Shown in pieces: positions 34,204 to 44,607 of a stretch of 64,000 nucleotides of DNA. The DNA comes from a virus. The notes below the pieces were generated by a model. It did no database searches, had not been told where the DNA came from, and saw only the letters and a program-made list of their open reading frames with translations. Location: IMG/VR virus record IMGVR_UViG_3300012971_000021. One strand, 5' to 3'. Both the position numbers and the translations under genes were made by a program. The number at the start of each line of letters is the position of its first letter. The stretch's first letter is position 1.

Positions 34204-35704
34204 GACTGCCAACAAGCTCAAGCCGCCCGACGACTGGATGGGCTTTGGCGACGAGTCGGGGCTGCCGGTCGGCACCGTTGCCTCGGCGCTGAGGTACCTC
34301 TACCCGGAGCCTGCGCCGTACATGGACGGTGCCGGCGACTGGATCCGAGACGTACTGCACGAGCACATCTGGTCTAAGCAGGAGGAGATCTGCGAGTCCG
34401 TCGTGAACAACCGCTACACGGCCGTGAAGGCATGCCACGGCCCGGGCAAGAGCTTCATCGCGGCGCGGATCGGATGCTGGTGGCTCAACATTCACAAGCT
34501 GGGTGATGCGTTCCTGGTCACGACTGCCCCGTCATGGCCGCAGGTTCAAGCGATCCTGTGGCGCGAGATCCGACGCGCCTGGCGCATCGGAAACCTCCCG
34601 GGGCGCATCACCCTGGAGTGCCAGTGGTACATGGGAGAGGGGCGCAGCGACGAGGAACTGATCGCCATGGGGCGCAAGCCCGCCGACTACAACGAGCAGG
34701 CGTTCCAGGGTCTCCACGCGCGCTACATTCTCATCGTGCTCGACGAGGCATGCGGCGTTCCCGAGACGCTGTGGACTGCCGTGATGACGCTGATGACGAA
34801 CGACAACGCTCGTGTTCTGGCCATCGGCAACCCGGACGATCCCGGCTCGCACTTTGCGCAGATCTGCAAGCCGGGCAGCGGCTGGAACACCATCACGATC
34901 TCCGCGTTCGACACGCCCAACTTCACCGGAGAGGAGGTACCAGCACGAGTAGCCGAGCAGCTAGTGACTCCTTTGTGGGTAGAAGACCGACGGCGTGATT
35001 GGGGTGAGGGTTCTCCGCTCTGGCAAGCCAAGGTGCTGGCGGAGTTCCCTGACATCAGTGACGAGTACCTCATCACCCCCGCGATGGTACAGACCGGGAT
35101 TGACACCGAGCTACCCGGCATCGAGAAGGGGCGCTATGGTGCTGATATCGCGCGTATGGGCGTAGACAAGACAGTCGTGTACCGGAACAGGGGCGGCGTG
35201 ATCCGGTTTGAGGACTCCTGGGGAATGACTGACACGATGAAGACGACCGGGAAGATGAAGCTGATCTTGGACAAGCACCTTCACATCAACCGGCCGGGCT
35301 TCGTCATGGACGTTGTCGGCGTCGGTGCCGGCGTCTACGACCGGCTGCGTGAGATGGGCTACCCTGTAGTCGGATTCTCGGGCGCGGAACGCGCATGGCG
35401 TCCCGATAAGTACAAGAACCGCCGCGCTGAGGTGTACTGGACGTTCCGGAACATGCTGGAGTCCGGGCTGATCGACCTCGACCCGCTCGACCTGGAGCTT
35501 CACCAGGAGCTACAGTCGATCAAGTGGTTCGTGGATTCGTCCGGCCGCATTCAGATCGAGTCGAAGGAAGACATGAAGGAGCGCGGGGTGAAGTCTCCCG
35601 ACCGCGCAGACGCATGCGTCTACTCGATTGTCCATCAGACGCCGGTTCACATCGCAGCGCCGCAGGGCAGCCTCGCGACCGACCTACTCGGGATGAAGCT
35701 GTGA
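34196..35704 (+). CDS. terL: Terminase large subunit
   Basis: VKACHGPGKS, IVLDEACG, AIGNP, GADIARMGVDKTV, SPDRADA; GTG 34196. Confidence 0.95.
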   Translation: MARTANKLKPPDDWMGFGDESGLPVGTVASALRYLYPEPAPYMDGAGDWIRDVLHEHIWSKQEEICESVVNNRYTAVKACHGPGKSFIAARIGCWWLNIHKLGDAFLVTTAPSWPQVQAILWREIRRAWRIGNLPGRITLECQWYMGEGRSDEELIAMGRKPADYNEQAFQGLHARYILIVLDEACGVPETLWTAVMTLMTNDNARVLAIGNPDDPGSHFAQICKPGSGWNTITISAFDTPNFTGEEVPARVAEQLVTPLWVEDRRRDWGEGSPLWQAKVLAEFPDISDEYLITPAMVQTGIDTELPGIEKGRYGADIARMGVDKTVVYRNRGGVIRFEDSWGMTDTMKTTGKMKLILDKHLHINRPGFVMDVVGVGAGVYDRLREMGYPVVGFSGAERAWRPDKYKNRRAEVYWTFRNMLESGLIDLDPLDLELHQELQSIKWFVDSSGRIQIESKEDMKERGVKSPDRADACVYSIVHQTPVHIAAPQGSLATDLLGMKL

Positions 35705-35847
35705 TCTCATCCACCTCAGACCTTCCGACCGAAGTGTACATCGCGATCCCGGCTGGGGTCGCCATCGCACTGGTCTCGCTGATCGGGTGGATCATCTTCA
35801 AGAACCGCGGTGGTAAGGGAGATCCGCCGCCGGGAGGGACGCCATGA
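35701..35847 (+). CDS. 48-aa single-TM protein (holin candidate)
   Basis: VYIAIPAGVAIALVSLIGWIIF; GTG overlaps TerL stop. Confidence 0.6.
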   Translation: MISSTSDLPTEVYIAIPAGVAIALVSLIGWIIFKNRGGKGDPPPGGTP

Positions 35848-36761
35848 CAGAATGGTACGAGAAGCCGTACAACGGCGGGCCGATGGTGGCTGTGCGCGGG
35901 TTCCCACGCCCGCTGTACCCACCGGACGCTGCGCCGGGCAAGACGCCGTCAATCGACGGCCCCGATGTCGAGGCTTACAAGCGAGTGGTCTCTCGCGCCG
36001 GTCGCTGGAAGTGGCAGGCGTTCGACCAGCAGTTCAGCAACGCCTTCAGTCACGGCAAGTCGGCGAACGTGATCGACTCCGGGATCGAAGGAATCCAGCG
36101 CCAACAGAACATGGAGCCGGATACGGGCTGGGTCGGTGAGAAGACCTTCAATACGCTGCGTTCAATCAAGATACCGGCGGGACTCCCCCACGCCGGTGAG
36201 ATGGCAATGGACGCACGCTCCGTGGAACTGATCAATGCTGCGTACGATCTGTTCCGCGGGAAGCCTGCGCCGCCGCCAACGCCTGACCCCGGCCCCACGG
36301 CGGCGCAGGCCCGACTGACCCGAGCGATCTCGCAGCTGGGTGTGAAGGAATCTCCGCCCAACTCAAACCAGTGCATCTATACGGACTGGTATCAGATGGT
36401 TGGCCCGTGGTGCGCGATGTTCTGTACCTGGAGCGACCAGACCGGGCAGAAGTCAACAAAGAGCTTCGTCAAGGGCAGCAAGTACGCCTACGTGCCGTAC
36501 ATCGTCTCCGACGCGCGAATGGGCTACAACGGTCTCTCCGTCACGTCCGATCCGCAGCCCGGTGATCTCGTCTGCTTCGACTGGGATCGCAACGGCGAGT
36601 ACGATCACATCGGTCTGTTCGAGAAGTGGACGAACAAGCCGAGCTTCACGGCCATCGAGGGCAACACGAGTACGAGCAACAACAGCAACGGCGGCGAGGT
36701 CATGCGGCGCACCCGGAACCGTGACGCACAGGGCACGGTCTTCGTACGAGTGAAGGAGTGA
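35844..36761 (+). CDS. Endolysin: PG-binding-like N-terminus + CHAP peptidase
   Basis: PWCAMFCTW, PGDLVCFDW, DHIGLF, AIEGNTS. Confidence 0.88.
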   Translation: MTEWYEKPYNGGPMVAVRGFPRPLYPPDAAPGKTPSIDGPDVEAYKRVVSRAGRWKWQAFDQQFSNAFSHGKSANVIDSGIEGIQRQQNMEPDTGWVGEKTFNTLRSIKIPAGLPHAGEMAMDARSVELINAAYDLFRGKPAPPPTPDPGPTAAQARLTRAISQLGVKESPPNSNQCIYTDWYQMVGPWCAMFCTWSDQTGQKSTKSFVKGSKYAYVPYIVSDARMGYNGLSVTSDPQPGDLVCFDWDRNGEYDHIGLFEKWTNKPSFTAIEGNTSTSNNSNGGEVMRRTRNRDAQGTVFVRVKE

Positions 36762-36762
36762 C

Positions 36763-36846
36763 ATGAACTCTGCGTTCACCAAAGTAGACCTAGCGGTGAT
36801 TGCCATCGCGATCATCCTTCTCATCGAACTGATCCACACCTGGTAG
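36763..36846 (+). CDS. 27-aa membrane peptide (lysis accessory candidate)
   Basis: Hand-translated MNSAFTKVDLAVIAIAIILLIELIHTW; AAGGAG RBS; abuts portal ATG. Confidence 0.6.
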   Translation: MNSAFTKVDLAVIAIAIILLIELIHTW

Positions 36847-38262
36847 ATGCCTCGCCCGAACACACGTGTGCCGAGCACCGGCTCCAAACCGCCCACTCGC
36901 GAGATCGGCGGCGTCCTCAACGGCAACTTCACTCCGGCCGGAATGGCACCGTGGAACCAGTTCTGGGTGGACACCGACGAGTTCATTCCCGAGTTGATGT
37001 GGCCCGCGAGCGTCAACACGTTCAAGATCATGCGGACGGACTCGCAGCTATCCGGCCTGTTCACCGCGACCCTGCTCGGCCTCTCGCGGATGAACTGGCT
37101 GATCGACCCGAACGGCGCAGACGACGCGATGGTGAGGAAGATCGCGGCCGACTACAACCTGCCGATCTTGGGTGACGAGAACGAGCAGACCCGTGGCCGC
37201 TTGAAGCGCCGGTTCTCGTTCCGCAACCATCTTCAGAAGGCAATGAAGGCGGGCATCTGGGGCCACTACTACTTCGAGCAGGTCGGCTACATCGGCGACG
37301 GCCTTCAGGGTCGTCCGAACGACGGTCTGTGGCATCTGCGGAAGCTCGCGGAACGGCCACCCTCGACCATCATGGACTTTCGGGTTGCGGACGACGGTGG
37401 CCTCGTCTCCATCCTCCAGAACCTGACTCGTCCCGGCCCGAACAGCTGGACGCAGCCCGTGCCAGAGATCCCGATTGACAACCTGGTCGGGTACGTCTGG
37501 GATCAAGAGGGCGCGAACTGGGCGGGCAGGTCGTGGTTCCGCGACCTCTACAAAAACTGGGTCATCAAGGACAGACTGCTTCGGATCGACGCAGTCAACC
37601 ACGAGCGTGCCGGCGGCGTCCCGTACATCGAGGCGCATCCGGGCGCGACCGAAGACGAGATCAGAGTCCTCAACCAAATGGCCCAGAGCTTCCGCATTGG
37701 CGACACCGCTGGCGGAGCGGTGCCGGCGGGAGCGAAGTTCAACGTCGCCCGCGGGACGAACTCATCCGTCATCGACTCCGTGATCTACCACGACGAAGCG
37801 ATGGCCCGCAGGTTCATGCTGATGGTCATGCAGCTAGGCCAGACCAGGAGCGGTAGCCGCGCGCTCGGAGCTACGTTCGCAGAGTTCTGGGCCGAGGGTC
37901 TGGAGGCCATCGCGTGGTGGTTCGCAGACACCTTCAACGAACACGTGATCGAAGACGACATCGACTGGAACTGGGGAGAGCAAGTCGAGCAGGTGCCGCT
38001 CCTGACGTTCGACTACAATCCCGACTTCCTCGTTGCCGACCTGGTATCCCTGATCACAGCGGGGGCGATCATCGTGGACACGGAGTTGGAGAACGACATC
38101 CGCAAAGAGTTGGGTCTTCCGCCTGCTGAGAACCCGCATCCGACGCCGCAGGAACAGTTCGACCAGCAGATGCAACTCACGCAGGCGCGAGCCACTGCGC
38201 AGCCGTCCGACGGGGAATCGTCGCCATCCTCGGGTGGGGCGCAAGGCGGCGGCGGGAAGTGA
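36847..38262 (+). CDS. Portal protein (DUF935/Mu gp29-like)
   Basis: Position and size; GYYFE-like segment, LGQT..GSRALG. Confidence 0.88.
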   Translation: MPRPNTRVPSTGSKPPTREIGGVLNGNFTPAGMAPWNQFWVDTDEFIPELMWPASVNTFKIMRTDSQLSGLFTATLLGLSRMNWLIDPNGADDAMVRKIAADYNLPILGDENEQTRGRLKRRFSFRNHLQKAMKAGIWGHYYFEQVGYIGDGLQGRPNDGLWHLRKLAERPPSTIMDFRVADDGGLVSILQNLTRPGPNSWTQPVPEIPIDNLVGYVWDQEGANWAGRSWFRDLYKNWVIKDRLLRIDAVNHERAGGVPYIEAHPGATEDEIRVLNQMAQSFRIGDTAGGAVPAGAKFNVARGTNSSVIDSVIYHDEAMARRFMLMVMQLGQTRSGSRALGATFAEFWAEGLEAIAWWFADTFNEHVIEDDIDWNWGEQVEQVPLLTFDYNPDFLVADLVSLITAGAIIVDTELENDIRKELGLPPAENPHPTPQEQFDQQMQLTQARATAQPSDGESSPSSGGAQGGGGK

Positions 38263-38329
38263 TCGTGGGCTCCCTCCCGATCACTCCCGTCGTCGTACTA
38301 ATGGCGACATACAATGAGGAGGTCGCGTA

Positions 38330-38530
38330 ATGGCAAGAGCAAAGGGCCGGACGCAGAATCCCAAGTTCGAGCCGGGTGCGAACGCACAGCAGGTCGGCAT
38401 CGATGGCGGTTCTGGGATGAACGTCGGCGGTCTCACCGACGCGCAGGTGCGTCGGAACGTCGTGGGGCAGGGCAAGATGCTCCACCTGCAGCTGCGCAAG
38501 AACCGGAGCACGGGCCTCAAGGTTCCGTAG
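38330..38530 (+). CDS. Small basic protein
   Basis: GAGGAGG RBS. Confidence 0.7.
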   Translation: MARAKGRTQNPKFEPGANAQQVGIDGGSGMNVGGLTDAQVRRNVVGQGKMLHLQLRKNRSTGLKVP

Positions 38531-38532
38531 TC

Positions 38533-38658
38533 ATGCCGGCGAAGTCACAAGCCCAGCGTCGATGGGTCTACGCCAACAAAGGCCCGGCATGGGCCAAGAA
38601 GCACCACTTCGACAACAAGGGCAAACTCCCCAAACGAGCGAAGGGAAAGAAGAAGTGA
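38533..38658 (+). CDS. 41-aa Lys-rich protein (MPAKSQAQRRW...KGKKK)
   Basis: Hand-read; coupled to next GTG. Confidence 0.65.
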   Translation: MPAKSQAQRRWVYANKGPAWAKKHHFDNKGKLPKRAKGKKK

Positions 38659-40091
38659 GGTGGAGGAAGACACTCAGGGCGTCGGCCGGGACTCCGTACC
38701 GGGCCGATGGCATCTGGCGGATCGACGATGTGCCGATCTGCTCCACCGGGATCGAGTACCCGCTCAGCACAGGGCCGCACACCTTCACCGAGAGCGAGTT
38801 GGCGTCGGCAGTCGAGGCCGCGTCCGGTCGCGACGTGGCCATCAACCCGCCGCGGATCAAGCTCGGCCACAAGTCGGAGGCCAACCAGTTCTATCTCGGT
38901 GAAGACGAGCCTGCGTTCGGTCGCGTCGAGAACTTGCGCCTGAGCGAGAACAAGCAGACGATCCTCGGCAACTACGTTGGGACGCCGGAATGGCTCTCCA
39001 AGGTACTGCCGGTCGCGTACCCTTCCCGCTCGGTGGACGCCAGGCTCGGCGTCGAGACAGCGACCGGGAAGCGGTACGAGATGGTGATCACCGACGTGTC
39101 CCTGCTCGGCGTGATGTGGCCGGGATGTTCCGTGCTGGAGGATCTGCCTCTCTGGTACGGCAGCGAGACGCCAGAGGGTGTCGAGCTAGCGGCCGCAGCC
39201 GACGTGGTCAGCATTCGTCGGAAGTTCTACAAGGATGGCCCCGGCCAGAACGGAGACTGGTGGATCCGGGGCGAACGCTTCGACAGCGTGTCGGGCTACA
39301 ACCTGATCGTGGACGAGGGCAATGGCGACATTGTTCGGATCCCGGTCGCTGTCGATGGCGACAAGGTGGACTTCGGCGACGCAGTTCCGGTCGTGGAAGA
39401 CTACCCAGACAAGGCGCTGGCGGCCAAGGCCGCTCTGCGCGGGATGCAATTGGCGGATCCTGCCATGCGCATCTACGCATCACGCACGGACACAGACGAG
39501 GAAGGAGAGACGATGGACGAGGAGCTTCGCCTCAGTCTCGCCAAGCGCCTGGGTCTGCCCGAGAACGCCACAGAGGAGCAGATCCGCTCGGAGTTGGCCA
39601 AGCCGGTGAGCGAAACCCCTCCCGGTGGGGATGGCGACGACGATGGCGACGATGGCGACGATGGCGATGGCGACGGCGACGAGGGCACCCCGCCCCCGGC
39701 GTCTGAGACAGTCACCATCGACCGCGGCACCTACGAGCAGCTCACCATCGGTGCGCGGCTCGCGGTCGAGCACGAGGGCGAGCGCATCGCCGCTCGCGTC
39801 AGCAACACGGTCGAGGCCGCGGTCAAGGATGGGCGGATCCCGCCCGCCCGCCGCGAGCACTGGACCAAGGCGCTCACGGCCGACTTCGACGGTACCAAGA
39901 CCGTCCTGGACGGCCTGGAGCCGGGAGTCATCCCGGTGACCGTACGCGGAAGCGTCGGCCCCGGTGACGACGACGGCGTCACGAACGACAACGCCAACCA
40001 GGGGCTGCCGGACGAGTGGTTCCCCGAGATCGCGACCATCCGCGCACAGGCCTCCAAGGGCCGTCGGGTGGTCAACGCCAAGGAGGGGTAG
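38655..40091 (+). CDS. Prohead protease/scaffold fusion (Mu I-like)
   Basis: IKLGH, YPSRS; C-terminal LSLAKRLGLPENATEEQI and AVKDGRIPPARREHW; GTG 38655. Confidence 0.8.
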   Translation: MRWRKTLRASAGTPYRADGIWRIDDVPICSTGIEYPLSTGPHTFTESELASAVEAASGRDVAINPPRIKLGHKSEANQFYLGEDEPAFGRVENLRLSENKQTILGNYVGTPEWLSKVLPVAYPSRSVDARLGVETATGKRYEMVITDVSLLGVMWPGCSVLEDLPLWYGSETPEGVELAAAADVVSIRRKFYKDGPGQNGDWWIRGERFDSVSGYNLIVDEGNGDIVRIPVAVDGDKVDFGDAVPVVEDYPDKALAAKAALRGMQLADPAMRIYASRTDTDEEGETMDEELRLSLAKRLGLPENATEEQIRSELAKPVSETPPGGDGDDDGDDGDDGDGDGDEGTPPPASETVTIDRGTYEQLTIGARLAVEHEGERIAARVSNTVEAAVKDGRIPPARREHWTKALTADFDGTKTVLDGLEPGVIPVTVRGSVGPGDDDGVTNDNANQGLPDEWFPEIATIRAQASKGRRVVNAKEG

Positions 40092-40094
40092 GAC

Positions 40095-40529
40095 GTGGCC
40101 AACGACCTCATCCCGTACAAGCGACCAGGCGAAGACGTCACCGCGTACTGCACGGCCGCGGTGACGGGCAAGCGCTGCGTCCAGATCTCTGCTGCCAAGC
40201 CCGCGGGCGAGAAGGCAGAGGGACTCAGCACCACCGGCGGCGGCGGCGTGTACCGCGTGTCCCTTCCGTCGGGTGCCGGCGCGAACGGTGGAGCCGCCAA
40301 GATGATCTTCGGAGTCGCCAAGTACGACGCCGCGCAGGGGAAGATGGTCGGCGTCGTTCGCGAGGGCATCGTCCCCATCACGGCTTCGGCAGCCATCACC
40401 GCCGGGGCATCCGTCCAGTGCGCCGCAGACGGCACCGTGGTTCCGGTCTCTACCGGAGTCGCCATCGGGATCGCCTGCGACGACTGCGCCAACGCGGCCG
40501 ACTGCGAAGTCGCGCTGCTGATCAGCTAG
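40095..40529 (+). CDS. Head decoration/capsid cement protein (DUF2190-like)
   Basis: GIVPITASAAITAGASVQCAADG; precedes capsid gene. Confidence 0.75.
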   Translation: MANDLIPYKRPGEDVTAYCTAAVTGKRCVQISAAKPAGEKAEGLSTTGGGGVYRVSLPSGAGANGGAAKMIFGVAKYDAAQGKMVGVVREGIVPITASAAITAGASVQCAADGTVVPVSTGVAIGIACDDCANAADCEVALLIS

Positions 40530-40541
40530 AAGGGAGGGAAG

Positions 40542-41531
40542 ATGAGAAGCAGAGTCCACCTGGCCGAAGACATCGTCTGGGTTCCCGGCCAGCCGGGCAT
40601 CACAAGGGCGCGCGAGGCCATCGAGGCATCGACGTTCCCGAACCCGGTCGCCCATCCGCTCGGGCCACCGACGTTCTCGACCACGACCATGACCGTCGAT
40701 CTCGCGCTCCAGACGCCGACGCGAGTGACGCGGACGCTCATGGATCTGACGCTCCAGCGGTTCTTCGCAGACCGCGTGTTCACGTCGGCCGGTGGCGTCA
40801 GCGGCGGCGCGGTCGTGTACGACCCGCTCATCGCCAACGATCTCTACTCCGACCGCGACATCCAGCGTGTCGCGCCCGGAGACGAGTTCCCGACGATCAC
40901 CTCAAGCCGCCGCGCTCCGCAGGTGGCAGAGGTCGAGAAGTGGGGCGGCAAGTTCTTCACCACGGTGGAGGCCCGGGATCGGAACGACATCTCGGTCTTC
41001 ACCCGGAACGTGCGTCTGCTCGCGAACACCATCGTCCGCAAGATCAACCAGCGGGCGGTCGAGACGCTGGAGGCGGCGGTTCAGGCGTCACCGAACCGGC
41101 TCGTCACCGGCGTCAACTGGAGCACCGTCGTCACGGCGGGCGCTTCGGCGTCGAACTCCAACCTGTGGCCGGGCTACGACTTCAGCCGCGCCCAGGCCCA
41201 GGCCGAGACCGAGGAACTGGGGATCGTGTACGACCTGTGGATCATGAATCCGCAGGAGTACCTCCAGCTGGCTCGGATCTACGGCCCCGACCTCAACAAC
41301 CTGCTCGCGTCGCTTGGTCTCGAAATCTTCGTGACCAACCGCGTCGTCGCCGGCAACGCCTACGTCGTCCAGGCGGGGCAGGTTGGCCAGATGCGGGTCG
41401 AGCAGCCGCTGCAGACCACGCAGTGGTACGAGAACGAGACCGAGCGGTTCTGGACGCAGTCCAGTGTCCGCCCGCTCTGGTTCTGCGACAACCGCTTCGC
41501 TGTCCTCAAGTTCACGAACCTCGCCGGGTAG
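40542..41531 (+). CDS. Major capsid protein
   Basis: 329 aa; VAPGDEFP, EKWGGKF, C-terminal PLWFCDNRFAV; position. Confidence 0.85.
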   Translation: MRSRVHLAEDIVWVPGQPGITRAREAIEASTFPNPVAHPLGPPTFSTTTMTVDLALQTPTRVTRTLMDLTLQRFFADRVFTSAGGVSGGAVVYDPLIANDLYSDRDIQRVAPGDEFPTITSSRRAPQVAEVEKWGGKFFTTVEARDRNDISVFTRNVRLLANTIVRKINQRAVETLEAAVQASPNRLVTGVNWSTVVTAGASASNSNLWPGYDFSRAQAQAETEELGIVYDLWIMNPQEYLQLARIYGPDLNNLLASLGLEIFVTNRVVAGNAYVVQAGQVGQMRVEQPLQTTQWYENETERFWTQSSVRPLWFCDNRFAVLKFTNLAG

Positions 41532-41540
41532 GAGGAGAAC

Positions 41541-42074
41541 ATGCCCGAACTTCACGGCAAGCCGGTCGATGTCGAGGAGGGGTACGAGACCCCCGACGAC
41601 TACGACGGCCAAGGCGACACCCGGATGATCCGCGTGCTCTCGTTCCTGTACACCGTCGCGGTGGAGGAACCGGGAGGCATCACGGTCATCGAGCCGAGGG
41701 AGGCGAAGCGCAACGAGGTCGTCACCCTCGACCAGATCGGACTCATCGCCCAGCAGAAGGGCGAGAAGTCCCATTCGTTCTACACCACCGAGGAGCGGGA
41801 TCGCATCGAGGAGGGCGGCAGCCCCGATGCGTCGTCGTACACGCAGGCCAGCAGCGGCGGCGACGTGTCCTCGATGGGCGAGTTCGAGTTGGCCGAGTAC
41901 ATCAAGGGCGCCAACCCGGAAGGCAAGGAACTGACGGTGAACGAGACGCTCGCGCTCGCAGGCGACGACAAGGATCTCGCCCACCGGCTGCTCCAGGCCG
42001 AGAACATCGCCACCGATGGCGAGCCGCGCAAGGGCGTCGAGACCGGGCTGACCTCGATCATCGAATCGGGGTAG
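41541..42074 (+). CDS. Acidic head-associated protein
   Basis: Follows capsid; helical C-terminal domain. Confidence 0.7.
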   Translation: MPELHGKPVDVEEGYETPDDYDGQGDTRMIRVLSFLYTVAVEEPGGITVIEPREAKRNEVVTLDQIGLIAQQKGEKSHSFYTTEERDRIEEGGSPDASSYTQASSGGDVSSMGEFELAEYIKGANPEGKELTVNETLALAGDDKDLAHRLLQAENIATDGEPRKGVETGLTSIIESG

Positions 42075-42078
42075 ACCA

Positions 42079-42489
42079 ATGGCGGCCGACGAGTACAAGG
42101 CTCTGACGTACGTGAACCTCCCGTTCCTCGATGGGAACGGGAGGGCGTACGCCCCAGGGCAGATGATCCCCCACGACGCTTTCGAGGAGTCAGTCGCCTT
42201 GGCGCAGGAGGCCATGCCGGATCACGACGGCCTCACTTCCGCCGAGGACATGATCGCCGAGATGATGGAGTGGGGGTCGATCAGCGACGACATGACGGCC
42301 GAGATCAACGAGGCCCATTTGCCGGTCGTGCCTGGCCAGCCGACCGTCGCGAGCCTTGCGCAGCAGGCCCGTCAACTCGTCGCTCAGTACGAGCAGGAGG
42401 GCCGTGAAGTGCCGCAGGAGTTGGCGGTCTTCGCGGAGGCCATCCAGACCGTACAGGCCGACGACGCAGGGGGTGGTACCAGTGCGTAA
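42079..42489 (+). CDS. Acidic hypothetical virion-region protein
   Basis: ORF in operon. Confidence 0.7.
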   Translation: MAADEYKALTYVNLPFLDGNGRAYAPGQMIPHDAFEESVALAQEAMPDHDGLTSAEDMIAEMMEWGSISDDMTAEINEAHLPVVPGQPTVASLAQQARQLVAQYEQEGREVPQELAVFAEAIQTVQADDAGGGTSA

Positions 42490-43060
42490 CGGAACAACCC
42501 TCTGGATCTGCGAGAAGTGGAGCGAGGAGGCATGCGAGTTCACGCGTCGGAAGCTCTGGCTGCCGGACGGCTCGGATGTCTCCTCGGCTGCGCTCCGAGA
42601 GGTCATCGGGGATCCCGAGGAGTGCATGGAGGTCTATGGCAACCTCCTGCTCAACGAAGGGATCCAGCGGATGGAGGACATGACGATGATCGCCACCGTC
42701 CTGTCGAACCAGACCGCTGCGAACCCGTGGTCGAACGCCAACTCCTACCTCGGAGTCGGCGACAGCAACGTCGCAGAGGCGGCGACGCAGACCGAACTCC
42801 AGGCTGCGACCAACCGCTTCTACAAGGCCATGAACGCGACCTACCCGAGCCGTGCCAACCAGACCGTCTCGTTCCAGTCCGACTTCGCCGGCACCGAGGC
42901 AAACTTCGCCTGGGCCGAGTGGTCGGTCGCAGCCGGAGCGACGACGGCATCTGGCGCGGGGTTCACGACCGGCACGGTGAACCTGCAGCGCAAGGTGGCG
43001 GCTCTGGGCACAAAGGCGTCGGGGACATGGACGCTCACCGCCCAGGTTACGTTCTCGTAG
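42482..43060 (+). CDS. Virion structural protein
   Basis: YLGVGDS..AEAATQTEL, EANFAWAEW; GTG 42482. Confidence 0.7.
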   Translation: MRNGTTLWICEKWSEEACEFTRRKLWLPDGSDVSSAALREVIGDPEECMEVYGNLLLNEGIQRMEDMTMIATVLSNQTAANPWSNANSYLGVGDSNVAEAATQTELQAATNRFYKAMNATYPSRANQTVSFQSDFAGTEANFAWAEWSVAAGATTASGAGFTTGTVNLQRKVAALGTKASGTWTLTAQVTFS

Positions 43061-43081
43061 GGACGAGTTGACGGGATCGAC

Positions 43082-44602
43082 GTGACGATCTACTACGTCG
43101 ATCCCGTCAACGGCGTTGACACCAACAACGGTCTCGGGCCGGACGCTTCCAACGCGACCAACAAGCCCTGGAAGACCGTAGGCAAAGGTCTGCTCGCCGG
43201 CAGCCCGGTTGTGTCGGGCGATACCATTTATCTCGCGCCCGGCACCTATCGACAGCAGGTCACTGTCGGGATCACTTCGCCTACGTCCCAAACATACGTC
43301 ATCGGAGATCCGGCGAACACGCGGGGGTTCAAAACTGCAACGGGGGCGGTTGTTCCCGGCGGGATGGTTCTCTGGACGGGACATACGACGAACGACGTAA
43401 CATCTCCGGCTAACAACTGTATGGACTTGGCAGGTCGGAGCTTCCTGTCCTTCCAAAACATCTTCTTTGTCAGCGGGTTCAACTTCGTGTGTCTAGCCGG
43501 TACTGCGACGAGCCAGAACATTCAGTTCATCAACTGCGCCCTCCTCTCCTCTTACTCCGGATGTTGCCGCCTCATCGCTCCGACGAACGCATTTGGTGTT
43601 CCCTTCAATTGGCTAATCGACCGATGCATCCTCATGGCTGGTACGGTTCCAGTTGGTCAGGGAATCATCAACCTTACTTGTGCCCTTGGGGCTGGATCGG
43701 ATTACGACATCAACTTTGTCATCAAAAACTCTAAGTTCATAGCTGGGGTGGGTAGTTCTACGGTCGCCCATGTCGTCGTAACACAGAGCGGGTCGGGCGC
43801 GAATAAGGGCAATGGAGCGAAAATCTCTAACTGCACGTTCATTGGCGGCACTGCCTTGTACGTGGTAGTTGCCTCCGCATCGACTGCATTCCCTTCATCA
43901 ATCGTCAACTCTTTCCTTTACTCCGGTGCGATGGTTGCTATCAACGCTGGCGTGGCCGGAGCAATCACCGAAGACTACAACTTGATACTCAGCTCAACTC
44001 CTCGTACAAATGTCACCGCTGGTGCGCACTCTCAAAGTGGTAACGCCTACGCGCCGATGTTCTGGTTCGGACAAGAGGCAATCATGGGATTGAATCCCAA
44101 GCCATTCGGAGAACCGATGCCCGGATCACCGCTGCTCGCTTTCGGTAACGACGGAACGCAACCAAACTTCGATCAGCTCAACCGGCCGAAGCCAGCCGGT
44201 GGAGCTTCGATCTTGCCGGCTATCGGAGCTTTGGAGCGCGGGAACAGCTGGGTGCGCGAGACAGCAACCTTTCGCAGCGGGCCGAACGCGATCTCGTGTA
44301 CCGGCCCAGCATACCAAGATTTCTTCCTGCCGGTCGAGCCGGTCGCTACGACTGTCAGCGTCTACATGCGCTATGACGCGACGTATGACGCTACCATCAG
44401 CAGACCGCAGTTCTCCGTCTTGAATGGAGAGGAATGCGGGGTCGCTGCCGCGTCAGCCGCGATGGTCGGAGCCTCGGGTGCCTGGGAGCAGGTCAGTTTG
44501 ACCTTTACTCCGACTCGACAGGGCATAGTGACTCTGCGCCTTAGCTCGTACGACAACAATGGCGCAGGGCACGTCTACGCCGACGACCGTACTGGCTGGT
44601 AG
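43082..44602 (+). CDS. Right-handed beta-helix (pectin-lyase/DUF1565-like) protein with C-terminal jelly-roll
   Basis: IYYVDPVNGVDTNNG...PWKT...GDTIYLAPGTY; repeated N/S-C/F-I/T-F strands; IGALE. Confidence 0.75.
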   Translation: MTIYYVDPVNGVDTNNGLGPDASNATNKPWKTVGKGLLAGSPVVSGDTIYLAPGTYRQQVTVGITSPTSQTYVIGDPANTRGFKTATGAVVPGGMVLWTGHTTNDVTSPANNCMDLAGRSFLSFQNIFFVSGFNFVCLAGTATSQNIQFINCALLSSYSGCCRLIAPTNAFGVPFNWLIDRCILMAGTVPVGQGIINLTCALGAGSDYDINFVIKNSKFIAGVGSSTVAHVVVTQSGSGANKGNGAKISNCTFIGGTALYVVVASASTAFPSSIVNSFLYSGAMVAINAGVAGAITEDYNLILSSTPRTNVTAGAHSQSGNAYAPMFWFGQEAIMGLNPKPFGEPMPGSPLLAFGNDGTQPNFDQLNRPKPAGGASILPAIGALERGNSWVRETATFRSGPNAISCTGPAYQDFFLPVEPVATTVSVYMRYDATYDATISRPQFSVLNGEECGVAAASAAMVGASGAWEQVSLTFTPTRQGIVTLRLSSYDNNGAGHVYADDRTGW

Positions 44603-44607
44603 GGATC

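Noticed and set aside
40016-42215. 696-aa (+) and 375-aa (-) ORFs over the capsid genes
   Set aside because: Alternate-frame or antisense shadows of well-supported head genes.
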